Positions 50,498 through 63,643 are shown, numbered from the whole stretch's first letter. The stretch is 63,646 nt of DNA, filler included, from Olpidium bornovanus S191 (GCA_017911155.1; 25 parts of 25 records of this genome joined end to end with filler, not necessarily neighbours in it), one strand, 5' to 3'. Program-made: numbers and translations. The notes: generated by a model from the sequence alone, not told the origin.

Positions 50498-50586
50498 ATC
50501 TTTCAAGAGGCGGACATGGACGGCGACGACCGCCTGAGCTTCGTCGAATTCGAGCACGTCATCTCCCGCAGCGCGGATTTCGCGAC
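50498..50586 (+). CDS. EF-hand exon of a CIB (calcium- and integrin-binding)-like protein
   Basis: IFQEADMDGDDRLSFVEFEHVISRSADFA between an AG acceptor and a GTGAGT donor. The tail resembles the CIB1 EF(Q)HVISRSPDF motif. Confidence 0.7.
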
Positions 50587-50622
50587 GTGAGTGGCGACCG
50601 CCCACGTCCCCCCCCCCCCCCC

Positions 50623-50658
<36 letters not shown>

Positions 50659-52716
50659 CTGGACATCCCTCTGCGTCGCTGCAACGCCCTCTCTTCCCCC
50701 AGGCCGTGCACCTACGTTGCTTTGAAGCGCCGCCCTGTGTTTTTCTTCGACGATTTTATTTGCTTCTGCGGCAGTCGGCCCCTCACAGTTGCGCGATTTG
50801 GGTTGTGTGCCGTCAGTCAACCCCCGGACCCTCCCTTTCCTCCGACGACGATGAAGACGAGTCGGCTCCGCCAACAACGACGGTAATCTTCGTTAACTTA
50901 TTCATGATCTCGAGAACTTTCGTCGAGACTTACTCGCTCATCTCTTCCGAAAGCCTGGTGCCGCATAACGCCAAGCCGGTGCTCGCAGCCGTCAGGTGTA
51001 CAGACGATCCCACGCAGTGGTGCAGCGTAGAATATTCATGGCAAAACAGCGGTGAGCCGCGGACAAGAAATCGTTAACGTATTGTGAGCCCAAATCGCGG
51101 CCACCCTGTTACCCGGCCGCACAAACGAAAATTGTGCAAGGAAACAGTGACGCCCGCGACTTTAGAGGAGAGGTCAGACGAGCAGAGTGAGGAGTCCACC
51201 ACGACGAACGGGCGATCCGACGTTCCGTCTGCAGTTAGAGGCTCGTACGCGGGCACAAAGCATGACCATGGCGGAAAAGTAGATGCTAGGAGCAAGGGAT
51301 GCAACTCTCTCCTGCGGGAAAGGAGCCTCGGTTCGGCTGGCCGCCAATCCAGTGTTGTAGCGGGAATGATTCAAATGTCACGCAATAAAAAAAAATGCAT
51401 GTTCACGGTTCGACATCTCCGCATTTTGTCGTCTGATCTGCGCGTGATCCTTCCTTTCCAAAGGCTTTCAGCTTGCTTGGTTTGAGCAGTGATTGCTTGT
51501 GGTTGCTTGGGGGATTAGGGTATGATATGCCAAGATGGATGGATTAGTAGTAAATGGACTCTTACACCCTGATTTCTATTGCTTACACCAACATGNNNNN
51601 NNNNNNNNNNNNNNNNNNNNNNNNNNNNNNNNNNNNNNNTTAATTAATTAANNNNNNNNNNNNNNNNNNNNNNNNNNNNNNNNNNNNNNNNNNNNGCGGT
51701 CACGACTCTGACGACGACGAGTTCTGACAAACGCCCCGAATAGCTTCGGCTTTTGAGAGCAGTGCAATTGGCGCCTCGAAACTGTATGCACATAGATTGC
51801 CGGCTACGATCTCATGGGGGACTCGACTAGGGTCCCACTCGGTCGTTTCGCAGTAGAAAGTGAGGAGCGTAGTGCTGGAATAGGAAAGCGCCGTGGCCAC
51901 ATCAACGGATATTTTCCTGGGGAGCTTGAAATTCTGGCCAAGTTTACGCAGGAATGTCCGAGGACAACAGGAAGCATGCCGGGTCCCGTTACGAAATGTA
52001 CCTCATTATGAATACTTTATTGAGTAAGTGTGCTCGCCGGAGCCCGTGATCTGAGTTCGACTCGTCACCTCCGGCGGTGATGAATTTACGGTAGGGCAAA
52101 TCAGCCGCCGTCCGGAACAGGAATCTCTGCTGTCGCCAAAGAGCCAATAACCCATCCAGCCCGTCACGCCCCTCCTAACCTCCTCCCTGCCCCTTTTCCC
52201 CGCCGCATCGTTTGCGTCGAAAGAATTTATTAGGGGATTCGCGAACGGGAACCCAGTTCCCTTGCCCGGTTCAAGCGGTGTGTAAAGTCGCTTGTTTGTC
52301 CCTCCGCAGGATCATCGGCTGTGCGAGCCGCACGGCACCAGGCCCGTGCAAGCCCCGTCGTACGTACGCGAGGAGCCACGTCCTATACGGACGTCCCTAC
52401 ACGTGGTACGGACGCGGTCTGGACCTCGGGTTCCCGAAGAGGGAGTCACCGTCGCGCCAGAGATCGGGGCTGACTGCCAAAAAAAAATTTTCGGAGATTT
52501 TTCGGGGCTTTCGGGGCCCACACCACGAGTCTCCGAGGTTGACCGACACCCTCCCGTTTGAGGTGTCATCATCACAGGGCGACACGGGACTCCTGTTAGA
52601 GCGCCGTCGAGCGCATCGTGGGGCGATTTGTCGCGCGCGCATATCCGACGCGCGCGGAAAACGTCGACCCGGCAAAGATGTTGCCGCTCGTCCTGGGCAG
52701 CGGGTGCCTTTGGCTT

Positions 52717-52754
<38 letters not shown>

Positions 52755-52975
52755 TGGGGAAGGGGGAAGAGGACTTTGCTGAAAAAAAAACGACAAGGGC
52801 AGGGAACGGCGGAGAGGGATTCGAAGTCGCGACATGTGCAGGGGAGGGGGATCAGGGGACGGCAGCCGTGCGGAANNNNNNNNNNNNNNNNNNNNNNNNN
52901 NNNNNNNNNNNNNNNNNNNTTAATTAATTAANNNNNNNNNNNNNNNNNNNNNNNNNNNNNNNNNNNNNNNNNNNN

Positions 52976-54414
52976 CATGTCGACGGCCAGTCGAATGCCG
53001 TAGTCTTTGACGGCCTGGTCATCGTCCTTGATGGGCTCTAGTGCATCCCGGATAGTCTTCGGAACAAAAGTCTTCGACATCGTCACCGCCCGGTGGAAGC
53101 TCCCGTAGCTCTGAATGGGAAGTATCCCGGGGACAATGGGGACACTGACGCCTATTTTTACGATGATCGCTTATTATTCCGCGCCGGTCGCCGACGGGCA
53201 ATAACCAAGCGGTGCTGCACGGTGACATACCGATGGCGCGAACATCCTCCACCCACTTAAGGAAGAGATCGACATCGTAGAAAAGCTGGGTGACGATGTA
53301 GTCGGCACCGGCGTCCACCTTCTCCTTCAATCGGCAAAGGTCATCCTCTCTATCTGGATTTTCAAAATGCACCTCCGGATATCCGGCTGTGTATCACGAG
53401 CGTAAAAAGAGAATAAAAAAATCTCAGCGGACGCGTGTCTCTAGCGCCGAGGTTTGTGCTCGGGGGGCCACAGGGCGTTCTTCCATTACCGACGGCAATT
53501 CCGAAATAGTCGCCGTACTGATTTCGAATGTACCGAACAAGGTCTGCGGCATGGCTGAAGCCGCCCTCGGTGGCCGTCCAGGATTCCTGACCACGCGGAG
53601 GATCACCTCTGAGAGCGAGGATGTTCTGGATGCCAGCATCCTTCGCTTCTTTCAGGGCTCGGTCAATCATATCTTTGTGCATGTTCGTGCAAGTGAGGCT
53701 GCAGTTGGCAACAGCCAACTCGGCGTGTGAGATTCAAAAACCGGGATCTCAGTGGCAGGGAGCTTTCCGGCGTCGGGTGACGTGGGTGGGGGTGGGTATG
53801 CACTGGGCAAACCAAAGAGCGGCGGGCTGCGGGCACATACTGCATGCAGGTTTCGAGTCCGTAGACCGACTGAGCCGTGGCGCAGATTTCCAGAGTGAGC
53901 TGCGACGTTGAACCACCGGCCCCCCAAGTAATGTCGATGAACTCCGGGCCGAGCATGTACATGCGCTCGATCCGGTCATAGAGATTGATAATACCCTTGT
54001 TTGGGAATCCGGTGGGGGGGCAAGCAGCAAATGAGAACTCGTGCCGGCCTCCCAGACACGCGAATCGGGAAAGTTGTTAAGCGGTGCCGAGACGTTTGTA
54101 AGTGTAGTTCCCTCGGGGGGGGGACATCGCGCACCTGAGAAGTCTTTGGAGGGAAGTACTGCCGCGGCGTGCAAGAGGGTTAACGTGCGAGATGGGTAAG
54201 CGGACCCGGCAGCAAGACAGCGAGCGCTTCGTGCGATGCCGAAACCGGGGAGAGGGAGGGAGGAAGCGGAGGGGGGGGGGGAAAGGCGGGCAGGTAGAAA
54301 ACCGGGGGGTGTAGGGGGGGCGAAGGGGACAAGAGATAACGGGAGCGGAAGACGAACTTCGAAAGACCACGTCGGCCTGCTCTCGCGCTTCGCCTCTCGC
54401 AGCTTGTCGATGAT
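52976..54414 (-). CDS. MET13: Methylenetetrahydrofolate reductase, N-terminal exons (partial)
   Basis: IIDKL...TWSFE / YFPPKTSQ / [12 protein letters not shown]...[10 protein letters not shown] / LTCTNM...[10 protein letters not shown] / GYPE...[19 protein letters not shown] / [12 protein letters not shown]. Confidence 0.95.
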
Positions 54415-55128
54415 CTGTCGAGAACACGCGGCAGAATCGCGAAGCGGAATAAGAAACGAGAAAAAAACCGCGAGAGTCTCCCGCCGCCGCCGCCTGGCAT
54501 TTGAAACCTTCGAGTGTAATCCAAACAGTCGCGCGCCGGAAGAAAGGCGGATCTAGGCATCCGGCGGAGCTCCCGCGCGCTCCCGCCGCCTCCACGCCAT
54601 AGGAAGTGAAGGGAGCGAGGGGTCGGGGTGTCGGCGGGGGGGGGGGGGGGGCCCGGGGGGGCCCGAGGGGGCCGCGAGAGAAGCGAAAAAAAAGAGGGAC
54701 ACCAGGTGCTTCAACTGCAACAAAATGAGGCGCGTGGCGCGGGAGCGTCAATCACCTCGAAAAGAAAAAGAGGAGCTCTCCGGTCAAGTGGGATGTTGGG
54801 GGGCGAGAGAAAGGACAAAGACGAAAACAAGGAGCACAGCCCCCCCCCCCCNNNNNNNNNNNNNNNNNNNNNNNNNNNNNNNNNNNNNNNNNNNNTTAAT
54901 TAATTAANNNNNNNNNNNNNNNNNNNNNNNNNNNNNNNNNNNNNNNNNNNNCGTGCGTGTGTTTGAAGACAGGGTAGATCTGCTGCGAGTTTTAATTTCC
55001 GGGCCGGAGAAAACACCGTGAGTATAGTGTTAACGCGAACAGCTCAGCCGTGAAGTCCGAGTGTGGGGCATGTGCGTTCTTCTTTTCTCGTTTTCTCACC
55101 TTTAACAACTTTCCACTTTTTTCGTTAG

Positions 55129-56057
55129 TTATGAGGGCGGACTGTTCTTGTTCGATGTACAGTTCCCCGCAGACTTTCCGCGAACACCGCCAGTACTCTA
55201 TTTCCATTCTTGGACCGGTGGGATCGGCAGGTCCGTGTTTGAGGAAGGGATCGCAATCCTTCCCTGTCTTCCTGTCATTGCTTAACGCCTTGATTGATGT
55301 TGCGATCATGCCGGTTTGCTAACCGCTGACATCTGGTCCTTTTCAGGGCAAATCCAAACCTTTACGAGGATGGAAAGGGTGCATTTTTTTGTTTTGTTTG
55401 ATTGCCTTTGTCCATACTCTGCCTCTGATGCTTTCTAATTGTTTTCCTTGCTCCATTGACCAGTTTGCTTGAGCTTGTTGAACACATGGCACGGGCAAGG
55501 CTCCGAGTCCTGGCGTCCGAGCAGCACATTACTGCAGGTAAGAACAATGGCAGTTGCAATTCTCCGACAGGTTGCAAATGACTGGGACTAAGCGGTCGAG
55601 TTTCTCATCCAGGTGCTGATATCCGTTCAATCACTAATTCTGGTTGCCGAGCCGTACTATAACGAGGTGAATCGTGGTTTCAGCTGCTATTTCCCTCGTT
55701 CTTTCAAAGAGGGGACCTGACGAGTTTGTGGTCGGACCGTTGTGCGTTTGCCGCCAGGCCGGCTTTGAGAAGTTCGTCGGAACCGACGAGGCGGCGGTGA
55801 ACTCGCCGGTGTACACAGAGAAGGCCTATATGCTTTCGCTTCGGAGCATCAACCACATTCTTGCGAACCCGCCGCGACCGTTTGAGAGCGAGGTCGACAG
55901 GTGGTACTTCGCAGAAGGAATGCTGCGGCGCGTCCTCGAGCGAGCGCGGGCAGTTGTGGCGCGCAGCGAGGAGTCGCCGCAGATCCGCCTAGGGACCCGT
56001 GAGCACATTGGCGTCGTCGAGTCCGTGAGCACTGGTGCGCTCAAATTGACCAAGGTT
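55129..56057 (+). CDS. UBE2O/BIRC6-like ubiquitin-conjugating enzyme, C-terminal UBC exons (partial)
   Basis: YEGGLFLFDVQFP.DFP.TPP.LYFHSW / NPNLYEDGK / VCLSLLNTWHG (catalytic Cys) / VLISVQSLILVAEPYYNE / AGFEK...YTEKAY. Confidence 0.88.
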
Positions 56058-57954
56058 CGTTAGGCGGGGGTTGTTTCGCGGCTGCTCTTCTTTTTTTATT
56101 TTTCCTCAAGCCAGTAAAACCGTTTTTTCGGTTTGTGATCCTTGAGCATCGATGCGTTATTCGGCTAACCTGCAGACTGGTTCGGAATTGTCTTTCGTCC
56201 TACGCGGTGGATTGCCGGCCTTCTACAAAGTCTATCGTGCGATCTCTCGAAGAAAAGGCCAGCCGCCACGCGTTATAGACTTTCTTTGCGTGTCCCGCAA
56301 GTTTAACCCGCTCCCCCTCCCCCCCCTTCCAACCCCTTTTTTTTGTGTGTCGTATCTCCAGCCTCGAAAAGGCGCCACAAATCTACCAAACATTCTGCGT
56401 ACCCACTCATCCACGTACTGCGATTTGGGCCAAAATCTTTGTCGCGTCGTCGCAGAACGTGCCTTTTCGGATGCGCCCCGTAAAAATGGCAGCGGACGGC
56501 CCCACTAGCGACCGAGGAGCTTTCTGAGAGTCGCGGGTGTCTCGTGGTGACCGAGTTGAGAACCCGCGGAAGGTACAGTTCTTACAGTACAGCGGTACAG
56601 TGCAGCAAAGCAGCGGACGCCGCTCATCCCCACTCTATCTTTGCCTGCTAAAGGTCTATTTGTTTGGTTGTTTATTTTGCTCCTTTCTGGCAGAATTCCA
56701 CCAGCGAAAAATCTCGGCTCTCCGTGCAATGGTTGCTCGCCGTAGACACACACACGCGCGCACACAAAAAAAAAAATAATAATAATAAAATAAAAAGTCA
56801 CGGAAAACGAGTGCCCAGAAGAGAGAAAAATAAAAATTTGTTCGTGGAGCGGGGAAGAAAGGGGGGGGGGGGGGGGGGGAAGACAGCGGTTAACACGCGC
56901 GTGATGCGCGCCTTCCCCTAACGCGGCGGGGGAACTTCGGACGTCCTCTTGTCGCACGATTTCCCCGCGTAGCAGAAACCCTCAGAAAACGAAAAAAAAA
57001 AAAAAACCAAGAGAGAAAGAGGATGAAAAAAAGAGTGTTGACGCGCTCAAAGGGGTATGTATTCCTGGCGTCCGAATCTTCGCCCGCGAAGCCGGCCTTC
57101 CCCCGTGGGACAAGTTTTAGCGTTCTGGTATAACGCCGGATGTTATGTACAATGTGCGAATGTGGTGCAATGGCTTTTGCGTTATGGCACGCACGGAGGC
57201 GCCCAAAGGTGACAAGTCGGCCGCCAGAAGCCAGGAAAATCTGTTTCTCCAACCCTAGGGGTGCCGCCCTTGACTCACAGACAACGTCCGAGACAACAGG
57301 CGATACATATGCCGCAAGAAGAGCATCTCAAGCCTCGCCCGACGGAAGAGCGAGCCAAATACTGTTTGCTCCCGCAAACGTGTGCATCATTAGCTATTCG
57401 CCGACGGATAGGCCGTCCGTTCTGGGGGAGTTGACAGGAAACGTTGGAAATACGGCGAAATGGCAAGAAGGGCCCAGCTAGCCGTGCAACTAGCAACGCG
57501 TGTAGTGATTGAAGCCTTACATCGTCCGAAATGGAATAGAACGTAATAAAAAAAAAGTGCGGACATGTCGCCCCAGAAATTCCCGGTACAGACAATGCGT
57601 ATTTTGCGGGAGTTTGCACGAAAGCATCGGAAATCATTTCTTCAAAAGGACGTGGGTTCCCTCACGCGTCCCCAATGAGATTGGCTAGTATTGGCTGGGC
57701 GAATGATTTGGTCCGTGACCCGACGCACCTGTTGACCAAACTCCGCATGTCCGGTCATGACCGGCCGCTGACCGGCCTTTTAGGGCGAGATTTCGCGCCG
57801 CTTCAAATGCTGCACGAAAACAAACCGGCGCGCTGCGTGGAAAAACCGCGGGAGACCACCCGATAATCTGCGAAGCGCCAAAAGGCGAACCCGTCCACCA
57901 ACATCACGATGCGTTGGTTCCCCCAAACGGCCGTCACGTAACCCATGCCCGCCT

Positions 57955-58909
57955 TCAGGCGACGAAGACGATTAACAGGATGGCGGTCATGAGCAGAGCG
58001 AGGACTAGGAGGACGGTGCACAGCAGCTTGCGCGATCGCTTCTGGTGCCCGCTCGCTCTCGTAAGCTCCTCGGCGGCGTTTCGCACGTTGACGCCAATGT
58101 TCGAGACGTTGGTCTCGATGTTGTCTACCAGGGGCAACGTGCGCGTCGAAGCGTCACATGAGGGAGCAAATAACACGCAAACCATCAACAAAACGCCGCC
58201 GGTCTCAAAGACCGAGGGAACTCGAGCAAAAAAAAAAAAAAAAAAAGAGAGAGAGAGAAGCGGCAAAAACTGAAGCGAACGGTTAGGGAGCTGGGGGGGA
58301 AAAGGAAAAAAAAAATTTTGCGTGGAAGAAAGCGCCGGAAATACGGTTATGGGTTTAGCCCAAACATACCTATCAATGAACCCTGCTGGCCGATGATCCT
58401 GCCCAACTCGTTGAAGACGCCGTTAAGCTCGGCTATGCCTTGTGATACGTTCTGGATCTCCCGCTCGCGTTCCTCTATGATCGCCTCGTTGTAGTCAACC
58501 TCGTTCTCGAGCGCTTGCACTTGAAGTCTTTTTTACCCAACAGGCCCAGGCAAAAGGTAAGATATGAATCAGCGTCGCCGCGACCGTCCATGTTTCGCAA
58601 CGTACAGCCGACGCGCTTTCACCTTTGTTCGGGACGAACTAACAACGGCTCTTCCTCGGCGTGCTGATGACCGCCGTCGCTGGACTCACGCGAATACGTC
58701 AAACGGAATGAGATATGCCGGCTCCAAAAAGTTGGCGCGGAACACGCGAAGATTCCGATGCGTAACTCACTACTGATCATTCCTGATTGCATGCGCCTTG
58801 GACACCGCGACGCACTGCCTGATCCTCTCTATTGACCGGCGTTGTGCGATTTGGAACTGCTCGACCGCGCGCTGGAAGTCGCGTGAAAGTTTCTGCTGTT
58901 CCATTTTTC
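57955..58909 (-). CDS. PEP12: Endosomal/vacuolar syntaxin (Pep12/Stx7-like), C-terminal exons
   Basis: QQKLSRDFQ.A..QFQ.AQR; IIEEREREIQNVSQGIAELN.VF.ELG.II.QQGSLID / NIETNV...AAEEL..AS..Q; C-terminal transmembrane helix. Confidence 0.9.
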
Positions 58910-59163
58910 NNNNNNNNNNNNNNNNNNNNNNNNNNNNNNNNNNNNNNNNNNNNTTAATTAATTAANNNNNNNNNNNNNNNNNNNNNNNNNNNNNNNNNNN
59001 NNNNNNNNNGGGCTCCAACGACGGAGGCCCGCATCGCGGAGGGAGGGCGCTCCGAGGAGCGTTCGGGAAAAAGGGCTACCAGCGACGAAGATTCGCGCCG
59101 CGGAGGTAACTGCGCTCTGAGATCGTCATGGAGACGCCGTTGCTTTTGACGGCGAGAGTTGTT

Positions 59164-59309
59164 GGGCTCATAATTTTTGAGAAAAAGAAGGGTACAGCGA
59201 TAAAGAGTCCGCTGCCCCGACGCCGACCATTGCTGAATGCTTCCTTTGTATTGTAAAAGAATGGTGGTGAGGAAGGTAGGACGGTCTGCGGAGGGGTCTT
59301 TAGTTTACA
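59164..59309 (-). mobile_element. Possible short LTR (59178-59309, TGTAAAC...CTCA) followed by PBS-like ATTATGAGCCC
   Basis: Same TGTAAA start and TTATGAGCCC motif as the element at 5081-5293. No coding region seen. Confidence 0.35.
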
Positions 59310-60329
59310 AAGGGGAAAAAGCCACGTTCTCCACAAATCTACCGTTTGGCCCCGCCGCCCACCGCTTTTCCCTTTGTCTCTGGGCCTTTTTTTTTGTCCA
59401 AGTTTTCGTTTCGAAAACAAAAGAAAAAAAACGAAATTGAAAACGAGACCCTCTCCGAGGTCCAAAAGATGGGGTGCGTGGAAGGGGGGGAGAGGGGGTG
59501 CGACTCGTCTTTTCTTTCCAAGAAAATCGAAATTTTTATTGAAAAACTTTGCCTACTTCTGAGATTTCAAAAAAAAGCGTTATAAATCCGAGAGAGAGAG
59601 AGAGAAAGAGAGAAAGAGAGAGAACTGAAGCAAAAAAAACCAGGAACTGAGGCAAAAAAACAGTTCGGATCCCCACGGGCTTGCCTGGCGGATTGTGCGG
59701 TGGAAGAGAAGGGAAACGGGATGGGAAGAGTAAAACTTTCCAAAAAAAAAAGAAAGCTTCCCGCACCGAGTGTAATGCCAAAAAATGAAAAACCCCAATC
59801 GGTAAACATAAAAAATGCAAATTTGCTTAGGTGCGCGGTGTGTGTGCAAGGGGGGGGGGAAGGGGCGGTGCGAGAAAAAGGGAGCGGCGGGAAGCGGCGG
59901 GTTTCCCGTGATTTTTCTTTTAAAGAAAGCAGTCCTCCGTCCCTGGGGCGGACAGGGGTGGCGGGTTGGGGGGAGGGGGGGTGGAATGTGGCGGGAGTGT
60001 GTGGCACCGGACGCTTCCTCAGAAGCAAGGGTGGTTGACGCGCTCCTGGCGTTCGCGGCCCTCGAGGCGGTAACCGCGCCTTTCGAACTTGGTTTTGGTA
60101 ACGGCGCGGGGAAGGGACCGTCGGGGTGGGCGACGTGGAGAAACGAAACAAACAAAGTTATTTTCGGGGCGAGCGGGCGCCGGGGGGAAGGGAAAGGGGG
60201 GCGTCGGGGTGGTTCCCCATTTTTTTATTTTATTTTATTTTATCTTATTTTTCTTGCTCGTTTAAAACTAAAAGGCGGCGTCTTTCCTGCAGAGGGGGAA
60301 AAAAAAAAAAAAAAAAGTCGCCCTCACCT

Positions 60330-60955
60330 CCTCGAAGCTGATGGGATCGGCCTTCTTCCCCTCCCGGACCGTGGAGCCGTGCACGACGGTCTCGTGGATC
60401 GGCTGCTCGGACTTGACGCGGACGGGTTGGATGACCTCGCGGTAGACAACCGGTTGGATCTCCTCAATGATCTGCGTTTTTTTTTTTTTTTTTTTTTTTT
60501 TTTGTTTATCATCAGAAGTGAGAGAACAAAAAAATGAATTTTTCGAGGTTGATTTGTTTTTTTTTAAAGTTCGGGGCGTTATGCCCCCCCTCCTTCCCCT
60601 CACCCCACCCCGGTTTAAAAACAGAAAAAAAAAACTGATATGGAGGAAAAAACAACAAAAAAACGGTTCGACACCGTAACAGACCCTGGCGCGAATGCGC
60701 TCCCTGATGACCGGCTCCCTGCGGATGGTGATCTTCTCGGTGCTCTCGCCCTCGGGGATCAGGGCCCCGGACGGGTAAAGCTTCCTCTGGCGCTCGTAGC
60801 GCTCGAGGTTGTCGGGGCTGGAGTTAAAGGACGCGCCGCGCTCAATGGGCTGGAGGGTGTTGTGCTCCTCCTTCTCCTCGAGCTTCACGATGTGCTTGAC
60901 GGGCTGAATCACTTGGCGGATCTCGGTCGTGTACCTGTTGCGGTCCACAACGTCC
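60330..60955 (-). CDS. Fungal 'allergen'-like V/I/E/Q/P-rich protein, internal exons
   Basis: TTEIRQVIQPVKHIVKLEEKEEH...REPVIRERI / IIEEIQPVVYREVIQPVRV..EQPIHETVVH...PISFEE. Function unknown. Confidence 0.6.
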
Positions 60956-61134
60956 TAATTTGGATGTTCGGGATTTGCCCCCGCCCCCACAAAAAAAAAA
61001 TCGACGACGAGCAGTCAAGCTTGGTCTGGTTTGATTCGTTCCCCCCCGCAAACACACACACACCCCGCCTCCTCCAGGCAAAGCTAATATAAACGGGGCA
61101 AGGGGTCCGATCCGTCCGCCTTTTTTTCTTTCTT

Positions 61135-61179
<45 letters not shown>

Positions 61180-61677
61180 CTTTTTTTTTCTTTTTTTTTC
61201 TTTTTTTTTCTTTTTTTTCTTTTTTTTTTTTCAGCTGAGAATTTAAANNNNNNNNNNNNNNNNNNNNNNNNNNNNNNNNNNNNNNNNNNNNTTAATTAAT
61301 TAANNNNNNNNNNNNNNNNNNNNNNNNNNNNNNNNNNNNNNNNNNNNCATGCTTTCGTGGATTTCGGTCGAGGAAGCTTGAGGTTGAACCTGTGTGAATT
61401 GGAATTCGTAATTCTTTGCAAAGACCCAATGTCACCCCTCCGCTGCCCAGAATATCCTCTATAACGCCGTGCACACACGTTATTACAAGGACCACGGGAC
61501 TCGCGTTCGCAAAGTTTTTGGCGACAAACGGGTGATTCTCAATTTGCCACATTTTTTTGTCCACCGGTGACTCGCTTCCGTCGGCGCCGAGACTGCTACG
61601 AGCTAACTGCCAGCATCATCGCAGATGGATGCAGTGTTTTTCGGCAAATTCAGAGACGTCAAGATCAACCACCGCCC

Positions 61678-61780
61678 CATCAGCAACAGATCATTTGCAC
61701 TCAGGCGGCGTGGGAGAGGGGGGGACACCTCATCAGCAACAGATCATTTTCACTCAGGCGGCGTGGGGAGGAGGGGGTCC
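61678..61780. repeat. 53-bp tandem duplication
   Basis: CATCAGCAACAGATCATTT.CACTCAGGCGGCGTGGG at 61678 and 61731. Confidence 0.85.
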
Positions 61781-61965
61781 TCCCACAGCCACGCCCAAAA
61801 AAGCGTGTTTTTCTTTATGGTTCTCAATCTATCAACAGACACATACATATGTTGATCAATAAATAAACGTGAAGGAGCTGAATGGGGGGAATCCCCGGGA
61901 CTGGACGTTGGGGTGGGGGTGGGGGAGCGGGCGACGGAGCCCGTTTTTCTTCGCGGCCCGGAGTT

Positions 61966-62127
61966 TCAGTACTCGTTGAGGCGGTCGAGGACGGCGTTCA
62001 TGCTGGGCCGCTTCAGAGGGTCGGCGTCCCACATCTGCGAAATCAGAACCAGGAGGTTTGACGGGTAGCGGCGGACGAGCTTGTCGAGGTTCGGGCGGAC
62101 GTTGTTGTCCCTGACCTGCTTGTAGAG
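61966..62127 (-). CDS. Last exon of a tyrosine-kinase-like (TKL) protein kinase
   Basis: LYKQVRDNNVRPNL...YPSNLLVLISQMWDADPLKRPSMNAVLDRLNEY* has the TKL/TK-style W-x-x-D-P-x-x-R-P subdomain XI. AG acceptor present. Confidence 0.75.
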   Translation of the reverse strand, partial: LYKQVRDNNVRPNLDKLVRRYPSNLLVLISQMWDADPLKRPSMNAVLDRLNEY

Positions 62128-62238
62128 CTGTCGGGCCGGGTGAATTTTCGCGAATTTTAGACGAGACGCGCGAGGGAGAGAGGGGCGGAGGAGGGGGGTC
62201 AGAGGAGGTTGGGAGGGAGAAAGAGCAAAACGGCGAAG

Positions 62239-62275
<37 letters not shown>

Positions 62276-63400
62276 AAAAATGCCTCTTACCTGGTGCTCC
62301 GACATGGAGGTGGCAGCACCGGCGGCGTGTCGTGCCGTACCTGGTGGTCCATACGCCGGGGGAGTTACGCTGTGACCGACTGTTGAACGAAACCGGAAAG
62401 CGTCAGTCGTGAGCGGTGGTGAANNNNNNNNNNNNNNNNNNNNNNNNNNNNNNNNNNNNNNNNNNNNTTAATTAATTAANNNNNNNNNNNNNNNNNNNNN
62501 NNNNNNNNNNNNNNNNNNNNNNNCATGTACGTTTCACATATAAACTTGTATCCTTGCTGTCCCATTTTCCAACAGAATGTCGCGCGGCGGCGGACAGCCA
62601 GGCAGGGGTTGCCTAGGTGGGAGGGTTGGGCACGCGGCCCTGACCGCGGGGCCCCGCTGCGCTCGACGTCCTCCCGGCTTACACGTTCGTCGGGACGACG
62701 CAACCCTCCAGCCGCAGACTCGCACGAATGAAAGCCAGTTCTGCTTTCACCGGCGGCGATTTTTGCGAGTCCAACGCGGACTCGCCAAAAAAAAAAGGCC
62801 GGTTGCCCGGACTGGCGCCGCAAGGACGCGAGGCTATGTATTTCTGGCCCGGGCGCGGCCTTTAACCTGGAGATCCGTCACCGAAACCGACCATCGCGGC
62901 GCTCCTAGAGGCCGATTACCGCAAACGCAGCCGTAGTCCTCAGAGCAAAGACCAAACGGTAACACTGTCGAGATTCTCCCACTCTATTGCTTCTTATCTC
63001 GCCTTCTGAAAACCAGGATCACTGGGATAATCGAAACTGGCTGGGCTAGTCAAAGCTCAATGTTTCCGACCGGGATCACCACAGTTTGCGACAAATATAG
63101 GCACTGAAGGCTAGTTTGCCCCCGCTGCAGCTGCTTGCGCCCCCTTCCTCCCCCACCCTTCCAGTAGAAGCTGCAAGCGGAATATATAGATATATACATA
63201 TACACATATATGGTAGGCCCAATCAGTTTTGAGCGTATGTGACGTACAATCTGATGGTATTCGCGACTCTAGAAGCGTCAGAAGCATTTACTTTTTTGCC
63301 CTGCGAAGAAGCACTTTCCGGCGGAAGACCGGACCCCAAAGAAATCGCACCAATTTTATCCTCCAAGATAACGAATTCGAAGACGTCAAAATGGAGCCTG

Positions 63401-63643
63401 TCACGAGAGTTGCACCACCTGAGGTGATCCGGCCTCCGCTTTCTCGTCGAAGTTGTGCGATGCGTCCCTGGATGCATTGGGGGAGTCTGCGTGTGACGCG
63501 TCACCGGAGTCCCCGACAAAACTGTCATGACCGTCGTCCTCTTCCTCCTCCTCCTCCTCCTCCTCCTCCTCAACATTGGAATCGCCGGAACTGGTGGCGG
63601 ACCCGGGATCGTCGTCGTACTCGGGCCCACCGGCTTTGTCCAT
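63401..63643 (-). CDS. Possible acidic low-complexity exon of an unknown protein
   Basis: Poly-Glu/Asp frame encoded by (GAG)n at the window edge. No family recognised. Confidence 0.25.
   Translation of the reverse strand: MDKAGGPEYDDDPGSATSSGDSNVEEEEEEEEEEEDDGHDSFVGDSGDASHADSPNASRDASHNFDEKAEAGSPQVVQLS

Noticed and set aside
26865-54414. A sulfur/methyl-metabolism gene cluster (EGT1, MET13, methyltransferase, sirtuin)
   Set aside because: The genes lie on different contigs joined artificially. EGT1's only real neighbour is the unrelated GPI7.
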